In this document: positions 39,830 through 51,977 of the stretch, piece after piece
How positions within the stretch are numbered: the stretch's first letter is position 1
Layout of the letters: every line of letters starts with the position of its first letter
Origin: Macrostomum hystrix
Taxonomy: Eukaryota; Animalia; Platyhelminthes
Length of the DNA: 64,000 nucleotides
Direction of reading: 5' to 3'
NCBI GenBank assembly: GCA_950097015.1
Contig: CATNEN010000001.1
Span: 9,300,001-9,364,000 of the forward strand
The notes under the pieces: generated by a model
What the model saw: the letters and a program-made list of their open reading frames with translations, nothing else
Told to the model about the DNA's origin: nothing
Databases searched by the model: none
Translations under genes and position numbers: made by a program

Positions 39830-40890
39830 ATACTGCATAGATACTGCATAGATACTGCATAGATACTGCATAGATACTGCATGGATTCTGCATAGATACT
39901 GCATAGATACTGCATAGATTCTGCATAGATACTGCATAGATACTGCATAGATACTGCATAGATACTGCATGGATTCTGCATAGATACTGCATAGATACTG
40001 CATAGATTCTGCATAGATACTGCATAGATACTGCATAGATACTGCATAGATACTGCATGGATTCTGCATAGATACTGCATAGATACTGCATAGATACTGC
40101 ATAGATACTGCATAGATACTGCATAGATACTGCACGGATTCTGCATAGATACTGCATAGATACTGCATAGATACTGCATAGTTACTGCATGGATTCTGCA
40201 TAGATACTGCATAGATACTGCATAGATACTGCATAGTTACTGCATGGATTCTGCATAGATACTGCATAGATACTGCATAGATACTGCATAGATACTGCAT
40301 GGATTCTGCATAGATACTGCATAGATACTGCATAGATACTGCATAGATACTGCATGGATTCTGCATAGATACTGCATAGATACTGCATAGATTCTGCATA
40401 GATACTGCATAGATACTGCATAGATACTGCATAGTTACTGCATGGATTCTGCATAGATACTGCATAGATACTGCATAGATACTGCATAGATACTGCATAG
40501 ATTCTGCATAGATTCTACATAGATACGGCATAGATTCTGCATAGATTCTGCATAGATTCTGCATAGATACTGCATAGATACTGCATAGATACTGCATAGA
40601 TACTGCATAGATACTGCATAGATTCTGCATAGATTCTACATAGATACGGCATAGATTCTGCATAGATTCTGCATAGATACTGCATAGATTCTGCATAGAT
40701 TCTACATAGATACGGCATAGATTCTGCATAGATTCTGCATAGATTCTGCATAGATTCTGCATAGATACTGCATAGATACTGCATAGATACTGCATAGATA
40801 CTGCATAGATTCTGCATAGATTCTACATAGATACGGCATAGATTCTGCATAGATTCTGCATAGATTCTGCATAGATACTGCAAAGATTCT
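39810..40890. repeat. 11-bp tandem repeat (TAGATACTGCA) beginning in the last codons of copy 1
   Basis: About 96 copies with TAGATTCTGCA and TGGATTCTGCA variants. Confidence 0.96.
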
Positions 40891-41194
40891 GAACATTGAT
40901 TTACTACTTTAATGATTAAAAAAGTATGTGAACCAAAGAAGTCGCTGTCTTTTATCTAAAGAATCGAAATGTCGCAGCTTGATTGCCAGCCTACGATAAT
41001 ATTGTTTTCTAATTTATGCTCGCATATTTAGGTCCTAAAAAACTGTTTACGCAGTGATTTTTGTTCAGAAGTTGAGGTGAAACAGTAAAATATGATGTCC
41101 CTGAAAATATTCTCTGAAAAAAGCAAAATTATTTATGATGCTGATAAAAAAACCACAGCGAAATTCATTATCAGAGTTGCATTGCCCGTCAATT

Positions 41195-41320
41195 GCATGA
41201 CGAGCCCCGCAAGCCTTCTCTACGCGGCTACGCCTAAAACAAATGTGGCCTCGCCGAAGATTCGAGCTCAGGGACCTTCGCGCGAGTAGAAACGCTTTAG
41301 ACCGCTGTGCCACTGACCCT
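41195..41320 (-). mobile_element. SINE family B 5' fragment
   Basis: AAGCCTTCTC..CGCGGCT..ATGTGGCCTCGCC..TCGAGCTCAGGGACC..ACCGCTGTGCCACT. Confidence 0.75.
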
Positions 41321-42149
41321 CAACTATGGCTCTAAATATATGTACTCTTACGTTAACCGTTTTCTAGTGTTCAAATTTTTAGTCTATTGTCTCTGCTGTT
41401 TCTCATTTGGTTGCAACAGGAGAAAGCTGTCACACAGATCTGCAGGCGGCAAAAATGAGCAAAAAATGAGATGCGCGTTGAACAATAGCGACTACCAGTT
41501 TGGGTGGCAATACAGGTTCCACAATTCCAGCGGTATTTGGTCATATGTACAGCAGCATTATACTAGTAAGGGACTTGTAGCACACTAAAAGTGGGGAACG
41601 AACCTCGCGCTGGCAGACCGAGACCGGTTTCTGGCTTGTTTGCCTTCGTCAGTCAGCCATAGCCACACGCCATCCTCTCCCACCACTCTCAGTGTGCACA
41701 GAAGTCTCTTTTAAGCTTGCCATTTTTATGCCGCTATTTTTTAGTGTTATGTGAGAGTTTTGCAGCCAAGTCTTTGCTTTTCTACTGTTGTCAGTAGTCT
41801 GAATTGTATCTCTCTCAGGGCTGTTGTCACGAAGTGCAATTACCAGTATCCCATATTATTTGCCCGTGGCAATAGTCAATATTTTACATCCTTCTCTGAA
41901 TACCTTGTGGGCCCAATAATCTTCACAGGAGATTAGTTCAAACAACATCAAAGACAAAAAAAGCTTTTTGCCTTTGTAATCATAGTCAAAGGTGTATTTT
42001 TTGTTTTGTATCTCATGTTTTAGACAGGTCTTATTATAGTGTGTGCTGACAAGTCTCAAAGCTAGCTAGCAAAGCACTACTCCGATTGCAATAAGGCTCA
42101 TTGTCGTTTTGATTATTAATTCTTCAAACTAAAATAAAAACATTCATTG

Positions 42150-43896
42150 ATGTGGAAAATTATATTACTACTTACTGTCTGGATCCACCTGACAAGCCTC
42201 AGTGGTGCGCGTTCATTTTCTTATCGAAAAATGTACTTGTGGCTGTACATTTCCAAATGTACCATGGAAACTACCAGCAACTGTCAGCTCGGGATAGTTA
42301 GGGACGCTTCTGTCCTTCCGGGAACTCCGGGAAGTCACGTGTTTAGATTGGTCGGTTCTGAGGTCGGAGCCAAAGTGTGGAAGGTCGACAATATGAGTGA
42401 ACAGCTAAAGCTTCGTGGTTTCTACTTTCATTTGATTTTTTCAAGTAAGAGATAATTTTTACTTTCTTTGGTTTGCTCGATGACTCATCGCTACTTTTAT
42501 CTAACGGTTCTGTCTATGGCTTTGAGGGCAAGAATGATCTGAATACGAGTTCAGCAACGCCACAGGCGTCTATTGTCTCGTGAATTCAAGGGCGCCCACC
42601 TAGCATGAACCATAGACGAAGCTAGCGGGCTCAGAATGCATTCCTGCCCATAAAATCTCGGGACAACGATCATTGTTTCTAGTTTTTAAGCAAGCAACGA
42701 CTTCTAGCTTTGCGTCCTACCATAGACATCGGACTCTTGTTAAACGATTAATCCTTCTTTTGTGATTGCCAAATCGCAATTTTTCTGGATCCCATTTTCG
42801 TCTATGGACTATATATAGGTTACGACCGTAAAAATTCTAGCCAATTGAGCCAACCAAAAGTCAGCAGTGCCTGGCAACCGTTTTTTGCGAGCGCTGAAAA
42901 ACTGGACTTCGTTAAATTTCTTTGAAACTGCAACAGGACCTCTTCAATGGCGCTCTAATAAGTCTTTGTGATGCTCTGAGGCTGCTGACTATTTATTCAA
43001 TGCTTTAAATATGTTTTACAGACTTTACAACAGGCAAGAATGGGTCTATCCAGTTTGCTCGCATCAAAAAAACTGGCTGCTACCGCATAGAGGTAGCCGG
43101 TGCTAACGGCGGACAAAATCCCATCACTAGTGAGACTGGCGGTCGAGGAGCTCGAATATCTGGCCATTTCAACCTGACGGCTGGAACCCACCTGACAGTG
43201 ATTGTCGGGCAGGCTGGCGGCTGGGCAAATTCTAATATCAGTGGAGCTGGCGGAGGCGGAGGCAGCTTTGTCTACAGGACTGCGGACGACTTTCTACTGA
43301 TTGCGGCGGGCGGTGGTGGCGGCTCTTCACACAGTAGCGCGGGTCAGTCAGCGAGTATAACTTTGCGCCTGTACACCAATAAGATGATTTTTTTCTCTCG
43401 GCGCTTTCATTCTTAAGGTCGACCCGGTGAGATGGGCATCGACGGAAGCGACTCTACTGGTGGCCTAGCACGGAACACTGGCTTCGGCGGCAAGAGCGGA
43501 CAGCCGGGACAGAACGATGCGCGCCCTGGTGACAAGCAGGCCGCTGGCTGCGGTACTAGATGGCTGGGCAAGGCCGCAAACGAAAGAGGCAACGCTAATC
43601 AAGGTGAGGAAGGCGTCGGTCTTGTCGACGGCTGGGTCGGTGGCAGCGCCGGCGATGGAAGCACTGGCAACGGCGGCTTCGGTGGTGGCGGCGGCGGAGC
43701 CTCATCGGGCACTGGCGGCGCTGGCGGAGGCTTCAGCGGTGGCGGCGGGGGAACCGGTTCCAATCATGCTGGAGGCGGCGGTGGTTCCTTCTGCCGGGGC
43801 AGCGGCTGCACATCAATCACTGGAGGCAACTCAGGCGGTGAGCACGGTCAAGTGGCCGTGAGGTTTCTCGTTCCGTTTGCTGACAGCTGCGTATGA
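42150..43896 (+). CDS. Secreted ALK/LTK-GRD protein, copy 2, with partly deleted PAN domain
   Basis: Signal peptide MWKIILLLTVWIHLTSLSG reads in frame into METTSNCQL..GAKVWKV (to 42444). Exons 43022-43342 and 43418-43896 are intact. Confidence 0.7.
42510..42830. mobile_element. Non-coding element related to the flank of the tyrosine-recombinase remnant, in an intron of copy 2
   Basis: TTCAAGGGCGCC..AGCATGA.CCA.AGACGAA..TAGCGGGC.C.GAATGCATTCCTGCCC is shared with 56727-56800. GTCTATGG and CCATAGAC motifs recur. Confidence 0.6.
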
Positions 43897-43959
43897 AGAA
43901 CTGAAAAATCAGAATTTATTAACAAACAAAAAAATGTATGAATAATAGTTTTAAAAGGA

Positions 43960-44185
43960 GGACTGTGAGCAACTGAACATCGTTGGGTGACACTAGATCC
44001 CCAGCGAGCGGGGGGCAATTCTGCCCATTCCACTGACTCCTCAGCACACACGCACGCATGTGTGTACATCTTCCTAGATCTATGCCCTTAAAAGCCAACC
44101 ATCAAGACAAGCAAGCCATCTCTACGCGGCTGCGCTCCAAATAAATCTACCTCGCCACGGATTCGAGCTCAGGGACCTCTCAGTT
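43960..44185 (-). mobile_element. SINE family B, degenerate copy
   Basis: GGCAATTCTGCCCATT..CTGACTCCT..TCGAGCTCAGGGACC. Confidence 0.75.
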
Positions 44186-44575
44186 AAAAGTTCATAGCAC
44201 GTGCATAAAATGTTTCTTTAGCTTAAACTGATCGTTAACTGTCTCTTCTATAATTAAAAAGTTGCACGATTTCAAATTCGTAGACTTAAATCGCTTACTG
44301 AGCTCACACGATGCTTTATCACTGAAAGCCTGTAATATGCCCGTATTCCTATGATAAAAAGTGAAACCCATTTTGTTTGTCATTTCCGCCATTAAATCTA
44401 GATTGTCTATAATTCCGATCGATTTTAGTGTCGGTGTTGGTGTTGACAGAGACGCTATAGCAAGTTTCTTCACTTAAAACCTTTTAAATACAGTGACTTA
44501 TTACTGGCATTTCTAGTTTTGCTCCCAGAACAGATATTACTCCAACATTAACTACAACCATTGCCCAAAGTCGCG

Positions 44576-46881
44576 ATGCATAGAGCCTCAAAGGGCCTAA
44601 CATTTCTGGTGTCGATGCTTGCAATCAGCAACATCTCGGCTACTTCGGGTGAGTGATGAAAGATTTTAACTTATTGAGAACTTGTTCTGAAAAATATGTA
44701 CAGGTTGATGAGAAATTTGTGCGTGCATTCTAGATTTATGTCAGAGCGTTAGATACGTCTGTCACCAAGGCCCTGCCATCGAGCTGGAGCCCACTGTTAG
44801 CAGTGATGTCATCAATATCAGCTCTGACGCCTCTGTACTCAGCTGTCTCATACTGTGTCGCCTTCGCCAATGCGCTGTGGCTGTTGTCATAGAGACGAAG
44901 AGTCTCTGCCAACTCGTTATCGTCAGGAACTCATCCACGGCGCTAGGACCTCCAGCAAGTCACATTAGAAGAATCGTCGAGTCGGGTAAAGGATCGAATG
45001 TTTGGAAGGTGAAAGACCTGAGTGAACTTCTGAAGTGCCGAGCTTTCAGAGTGGTTCTTTCGTTTAACAGTAAGAAATCACCTCCGAGTCTATTTTTGAA
45101 TCAATTAAGACAGTTATATTAACTAACATATATTACATATTATCTTGCAGATGTTTCTACTGGCATGTCTGGATCAATCCAGTCTGCATTCATCAACTTT
45201 ACTGGCTGTTACCGAATCAGAATCTCTGGTGCCAGTGGCGGAGACAACACTTGGGCCAACACGAGCGGAGGCTTCGGTGCTTTCGCAGCTGCCCTGTTCA
45301 ACCTGACTGCTGGCTCAGTGCTGTCTGTTGTCGTCGGTCAAGGCGGCGGATCAGCTGGTTCAAATTCGAGCGGAGCCGGTGGCGGCGGCGGCAGTTTCGT
45401 GTGGAATTCTGCCGGACAACTGCTGATCGCAGCGGGCGGAGGCGGAGGCGCCTCGCGTACCAACAATGGTGAGCTCGTGATCGCCTACTTCAAGATTTAT
45501 TGCGACAAAGCATTAATAATATTATCTGCAGGAGGGCTGCGTGCCATGGCACACCATTCGGTGGCACTATAGACTCGCAGCCAGCGAAGAAGAAATTCTG
45601 CATATTTTGCTGACTCCTGAGCACACACTCACACAGTTGTGTTCATCTGCCCTGACGTTCTCATCGTCTGACAGTGTTCTGTGCCTTGGAGGTTGGCCCA
45701 CAAGGGGCGTTTATAGAACAATAACCACCAAAGCCTTCTCTCCGCGGCTGCACCCAAAATACAAGCAATGCGGCCTCACCGCGGAATCGCTCATATACCT
45801 TGGTGCGAAAGGCGAACGCATTAACCGATCTGCCACTCGCCCCATTGCGCCAATTTTACTTAATATTGTAATATATAATATAATATTAATAAGGCTAACT
45901 TTAATTAATACTGTGCAGCCTCGTCCCGTTTCAGAGTCTCAAAGTTCAGACCTCCCTATCCGGTTCTCCAGCCGCTAATCCGCACCTCTATGATTGGTTG
46001 AGGCCCCTCGCCCTTTCGCGACTCTGCGTTGCCTTTCCCTACCCACCCTCAGCCCTGAACTTGCCCCCGATCCACATTCGTCACAACCCAGTTCTGCGTG
46101 GCCGGGTCGGCGCCTGATTGGTCAGCCTAGACCCGCAGTCAGCCTCACCCCACCTTTCTCTCTGCCCCGGCGCCCACCCTCCCCCGATTCGTGCCATCCT
46201 CTCATGGGGCGGCGTTTCAATTCTGTTTACGGGATCCTTGTCAATTATTTCCCCTACACACAATAGAGCACACACCTGCATTATTTGTATTGAATGTATC
46301 AAATGTGTGCTAATCAAATTCTCTATAGTTCAACTGAATTTCGAATCGAATCACTTTAGCCATCCCCTGTCACCGGTTTAACAGGTGAGCCCGGCCAAAC
46401 TGGTTCCAATGGGACCGATTCTTCTGGGGGTAACCCTGATTACAGCGGTATTGGTGGCACCAACGGACAACCTGGAGCTAGCTATTGCCATTCATCAGCC
46501 AATCATCAGGCTGGTGGAAGCGGAGCTGGCTGGCTAGGCACGCCCGTGAAGGCAAAGTCGAACTCAGCACAGGGCGACAGAGGCGGTGGACTGACTGAAA
46601 ATTGGGTTGGCGGCGTCGCTGGGAACGGAAGCATTGGCCACGGCGGCTTCGGCGGAGGAGGCGGCGGGGCATCCTCCGGCGCAGGCGGCGCAGGCGGCGG
46701 CTTCAGTGGTGGCGGAGCTGGTTGCGGAAAAAGGCACGCTGGTGGCGGCGGAGGTTCCTTCTGTGGCGGTAGCGGCTGTTTACACGTCAACGAAGGCTTC
46801 CGCGAGGGCAAACACGGTCAGGTGGTACTGCAGCTGATGGCGCCTTTTGTCAATAGCTGTGAGGATGTTGTCACAGATTAA
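44576..46881 (+). CDS. Secreted PAN-like + ALK/LTK-GRD protein, copy 3
   Basis: Exons 44576-44648 (MHRASKGLTFLVSMLAISNISATS), 44734-45070, 45151-45468 and 46385-46881. Phase-1 introns and an open frame. Confidence 0.8.
45530..45845 (-). mobile_element. SINE family B, near full-length, intron 3 of copy 3
   Basis: Collinear with 26140-26456. Confidence 0.8.
45919..46383 (+). mobile_element. LTR-like insertion (5'-truncated solo LTR?) at the exon 4 acceptor of copy 3
   Basis: C-rich segment absent from the paralogues, ending in ..TTTAACA directly before exon 4. Confidence 0.45.
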
Positions 46882-47304
46882 TCAAAAAAATTACGGCACT
46901 ACAGAACTAGACATTTCAAAGAGCTTTAAAAAATGGTCATTGGCTTTACAATGGATGTATTGTCAACCTCTTAAAACTGTTGCTGCATCGTTCTAAATTA
47001 TTTTTGTTTCCTATTTTTCAAACTAGTCTACTTGTACAGGGAATAATAATCTGTCCTTATTCATCGTAAAGTAATAGGAACTTAATTATGCTCTACTGCA
47101 CTGAACTCTGGACTGATTCACGTAAAAGAGTCTGACGCAACATCTACATGATCTAACATGACTTCATGGCACGTATTGCACTTCTGCTTTCAAACGAATA
47201 AACGCTAAACTAATGCTAAAGTTAAACGCCATTAGCGAAAGTGCAAATTTTGGAAAACAGGGGGTTTTTTATTAGGATCAAATAAGAAGAATAATAATTT
47301 CAGG

Positions 47305-47540
47305 AGAGTTGCGGGCTATGGCACGTTATTTGGTGACACTAGACCCGCAGCCAGCGAGGAGGCAATTCTGCCCATTTCACTGACTCCTGAGCACACACGC
47401 ACACAAATACCGTACGCAGGCATACGCTCACACAGGTGTGTACATCTGCCCTGACTTTCTCATTGTCAGGCAGGTACATTTCGCGGCTGTGTCCCGTATG
47501 AATTAAACAAATGAGGCAAACACGTTAACTGCTCTGCCAC
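47305..47540 (-). mobile_element. SINE family B, internally deleted copy
   Basis: TTTGGTGACACTAGACCCGCAGCCAGCGAGGAGGCAATTCTGCCC..GTGTACATCTGCCCTGAC..GCTCTGCCAC. Confidence 0.8.
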
Positions 47541-48041
47541 CGATCAGTTCAACCAAGATGTAGAGAATAAATGAAAAAGCGGTCAATGACACGCTGTATA
47601 TTTACTTTTTTCTTTTTTAATCTAGAAGCTAAGCTGTACGGTTCAGTCCATAAAAATACTAGAGATATTCCTCGTATATTTCAGAACCGCATTTGAAGTG
47701 AGGCGTGAAGTGAGACCTTCTTGAAACTGTCAGAAATTGTCAGTGTCTGACAATAGATAACAGCTCTTAGCTAGCTCATATCAATGAGTTGATTGTCTTC
47801 CCGGAGAGGAGTTATAAAGAAGTCCTTCAATTATTCATTAAGATGCAGAAACAAGGACTGTTAGCAAACAGTCAGTCCAATCATGCCAAAGAGGCTAATA
47901 TTGAACTGAAGAGGCTAGCTATTTCATAGCAGCATCGATTTCATTCAATGAACTGCAACGAAGAGAAGAGCATAAATTAAGATACTGTATCGTGGATTTT
48001 CAAATTCGCCCCTGAAATTTCGTTCTAAAAACGTTGAAATT

Positions 48042-49489
48042 ATGATGGTAATCGTATTTTGCACAACGTTACTGCTACTGAAGCTAACGATTTGTTTAAG
48101 TACAATCGAAGCCGTTGGTAAGTTTTACAGCATTCTTTAAAGAAAGAGTTACTCAAATCTATCAGTTTAAAAATTATTTCAGAGCCCTGCCGCATCCGGT
48201 ACACCAGTCATGCAGGACCAGCCATCGAGCTGCAGCCCACAGTTAGTAGTCACGTCATGAATTTCAGCACGGTCACCACCGTGCCTGGCTGTCTCATTCT
48301 GTGCCGCTTTCACCGATGCGCCGTGGCTGTAGTCACAAGGGCACGCAGTCTGTGTCAGCTCGTCGTGTTGAATGACGCCGCAGCCACTCCGGGACCTCCA
48401 GGAAGTCACGTGAGGCGGATAATCGGCTCGGAAGTCGGAGCGAGCGTCTGGAAGCTGGACAACCTTAGCGAGTTACTGGAGTATTATTCGTTCAACAAGA
48501 CCTGGTTGTTTAGCAGTAAGCGAATGTTCTTGAAGGTAAACCATTTTGTAAACGCAAAAGTGTCTAACACTCCGTTCGACTAAATAAAATCTCTACTGCA
48601 GACACTTCCACCGGCAGGAACGGATCTTTCCAGTACTTGACGATCAGCACGCCTGGCTGTTACCGCATCCAAGTCGCTGGAGCGAAAGGTGGAGACAATT
48701 TAGCCGTAGAAAAGTTTGGCGGCCGTGGTGCTTCGGTAGCTAGCAGCTTCAGGCTAGCAACTGGCACCGAGCTCACCATTGTGGTCGGTCAGGCGGGTGG
48801 GCATGGCATTTCAAACTCCTCCTTAACTGGCGGGGGTGGCGGCGGCGGCGGCGGCGGCGGCAGCTTCGTGTATCGAACTGCCAATAAATCCCTTCTGATG
48901 GCTGCCGCTGGTGGTGGGGGAGCCTCATTTTTTAATAATGGTGAGCCAATTGGTTTTCAGAGTAATAGCAATGCATTCGCTAGAACCGTTAAATGTTTCA
49001 TTTCCACTGCATATGGCAGCTAATCCCGGCGAGGGTGGAGTCAACGGAAGCAATTCAGCTTTTGGCGCCGAAAGCAACAGAGGCTTCGGTGGAGTCAACG
49101 GACAACCCGGAAGCAATGATGCGAGAAATAATGCGGGAGGCTGCGGTGCAGGCTGGCTGGGCAAACCCGTTCGACCAAGGAGCAACACGCAGCAGGGCGA
49201 CAGAGGCGGCAGTCTGGCCGACGGTTGGGTCGGCGGCAGCGCTGGAGATGGCAACACTGGCGACGGTGGCTTCGGAGGGGGCGGCGGCGGAGCTTCAGCT
49301 GGCACTGGCGGAGGCGGCGGCGGCTTCAGCGGAGGTGGCGCCGGAGTTGGACGCCAACACGCTGGAGGCGGCGGCGGCTCATTCTGCGGCGGCAGCACCT
49401 GCACGGCCGCTTCTGGTGGCAACCCAGATGGAGAGCAAGGTCGAGTTTCTCTGCGGCTGCTCGCTCCGTACGCAGTCAGCTGTCCGTGA
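48042..49489 (+). CDS. Secreted PAN-like + ALK/LTK-GRD protein, copy 4 (compact introns)
   Basis: Exons 48042-48117 (MMVIVFCTTLLLLKLTICLSTIEA), 48183-48515, 48602-48940 and 49020-49489. Phase-1 introns and an open frame. Confidence 0.85.
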
Positions 49490-49789
49490 CGTTAGTCGTG
49501 ACAGTTTTTTTAACGCATTCCTCTTGCAGGAATTGCTTTATTTCTACAAATTGAGAGGACTTAGACAGCACTGACTTGGTGAAAAGTGAAAACTGGACGA
49601 TAAAAATCGTGCAGTCATATCATTGCAGTCATATCATTGCACAACCTGTCGGCATACGATCATTTCATTTATTTTATTCTACAGTACGAGCTAATCTTTT
49701 CCAGTTGTGATTGTTTCATAAGAAATATTGTAATATTTCTAAGAAGTAATGGGTGCAGGAAACTCTGCTCATTTCGCTGAATCATGATG

Positions 49790-50040
49790 AGCACACACAC
49801 ACACATGTAGCTGACACGTACTCGAGATCTCCCGCCGCCCATTCCCGCTAGCCCCTCGCGAAGACAGGCAGGGGGGTCCGGTGATGCTGGCGTCCATAGC
49901 GCAGTCCTTTTCCGCAAGTGTCCTGGAGGTGAAGAGCTTGCTCGCGCGATGGCCCTTGTACGAGGTATCGAACGAGCTGGCAGTTATTCTCAGGCCTGGA
50001 AACATCGCTGAGGTCTGGGATTAGGTCGAGGTGAGCCTGT
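49790..50040 (-). mobile_element. Non-LTR retrotransposon 3' end with (TG)n tail
   Basis: The reverse complement matches 50810-50960 (TTCCAGGCCTGAGAA..GGACGCCAGCATCACCGGACCCCCCTGC). Confidence 0.75.
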
Positions 50041-50384
50041 ACTCAGTAAAAGATGGGGAGCCTCAAATGGGGGACTCTGTTACAAGTCCAAGCAGAGCTT
50101 GGAGGAGGGCAGGGTTCAGATCCATCTGCCCTTGTGCTTGGGTGATAACCACTAGTTAATCCGAGAGTTACTCAGGTGGAGACCACAGGCAGAAGGCCAA
50201 AAAGCGATCCAGTCGAAGACTTTCGGGCAGTTCGTTACCAAGGTGATTCACCTTCGGGATACCTTGTTAGATGGGACGGCACACATGGGCTGAATAAGTT
50301 GTACCACAAGCCTCTACAACTTCTATCCACGGTGGCGCCCGAAATAAATGTGGCCTCGCCGCCGATTAAGCTCAGGGACGCCGG

Positions 50385-50965
50385 TGCGTAAATGGCCACC
50401 CCGTAAACGAATTGGCCGACAGCCTTGCAAGGGCGATTCGACAGGTTCGCTTTTTGGCCCCCTGTCTGTGGTCTCCACCCCTATCGCCATCGTCTAAATT
50501 TGGATTAACCAGTGGGTGGCCTCGAAGCACAAGGACAGGTGGATCAACACCGCCGATTGTCGGCAGTCTCGCGCTGCTGTTCCTTGTCCCTCCACTGCCC
50601 TTCGCAAAAGCCCTGCTCGGACTAAACCGCAGGGACATCAGGGCAGTCACAATGGCCCTCTCTGGCCACGGCTTTTTCGCCAGGCACCGCTTCCTGCAAG
50701 GCAAAATCCACAGTGAGGAGTGCCCTTTCTGCCTCTCCTACGTTGAGGATGCAGATCATTTTATTTGCGACTGCCCCACCTTCACTCAGGACAGGCTCAC
50801 CTATCTCGGCCCAAACCCAGATCTCTCCGACGTTTTCAGGCCTGAGAACATCTGCCAGCTCATCCGTTACTTTAGGGCCACCGGGCGAGCGACTCTCCAC
50901 CTCCTGGACTCTCCAGAGAAGACCGCGCTGCGGACGCCGGCATCACCGGACCCCCCTGCGCGAGA
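50385..50965 (+). mobile_element. Non-LTR retrotransposon fragment (end of RNase H + CCHC finger; LOA/R1/I-group-like), degenerate
   Basis: NELADSLAR, W....[23 protein letters not shown]...EDADHFICDCP, with frameshifts. Confidence 0.8.
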
Positions 50966-51490
50966 CCGCAGTTGTCTGTGGTCAAGTATAGCTTTTGCAA
51001 TTCAATCTCAGCGTTTTGTCATTTATTCTCAGCCCCATAGAATTAATCCAGCCAGTTGGCGCCGTTTGGCCCATAGACTATCACTCTGTGCCATTCAATC
51101 TCGGGTTTTGTCATTCAAACTCAGGCTTTAATGTGGATAAGGAATGAACAGATTATTATTCCTCAGCTCGGCTCATGTCACAAAGGACCGAAAAACAGAC
51201 TTGTTAAACATGTTAAACAATCCAGTTCATGCACTATAACATGTAGAACACCTCTAGCATCATAGTGAGGAACATACTGGTTTGAACGGAATTATTAAAC
51301 TCTTGGATCAGAAAAGTGACTCAGAGAAAAGGAATTTGCATAATGCACCGTGGATACAGTGGATAAGTCAAATCGGTGCGTAATTAAATCTTTCACGCTT
51401 TGGGAAAGGATTCAGGCATGCCATACTGACCCTATAGAATCCCTATTTTTTCATTTTTTTTGCAAAAATGAATGCACGCATTGTAGTATA

Positions 51491-51966
51491 GGTTTTTCCG
51501 GTCAAGTAGCAGACTAGATTACTCAAGTGCAAATAACGCAGTTCAAGTGCGACATATTCAAGTCAAGTGGCAACAAGCCAAATCAAGTTGCAAATTGTCT
51601 ATTCAGAGTTACCAAAAGAGCAAGTCAAGTGCAACATAGTCAATTCAAGAAGCAACTCATTCGTTTCTATGTGCATTTCAAATGAATCCTCGCAATTCTC
51701 GCTCAAATGATTCTATCAGTCGCTGCTTGTCCCCAGCGGGTATTCTGGCTTCTGCGGCAGCCATTTGCTGTTGAGTTGGCTTTGTCGCACTTGGTTTGGC
51801 CTTTTCTCTCTGTCGTCGTCATCGCGCAACAGTGGGGGGTATATAGAGAAGCGCTCTGATTGGCTAATTTGCACTTGAACTGGCGTTTGCACTTGACTTG
51901 GCAGATAAACTGACTTTCATGCACTTGAGATGACTATGTGGCACTTGCTACTTGACCGGAAAAACC
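51491..51966. mobile_element. MITE, 476 bp, perfect 21-bp TIRs (GGTTTTTCCGGTCAAGTAGCA), flanked by TATA
   Basis: TIRs at 51491-51511 and 51946-51966; subterminal CAAGTGC/GCACTTG repeats. Confidence 0.88.
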
Positions 51967-51977
51967 TATAAAACTAT

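Noticed and set aside
39777-40896. MQYLCSIYAVS repeat ORFs
   Set aside because: Translations of an 11-bp tandem repeat.
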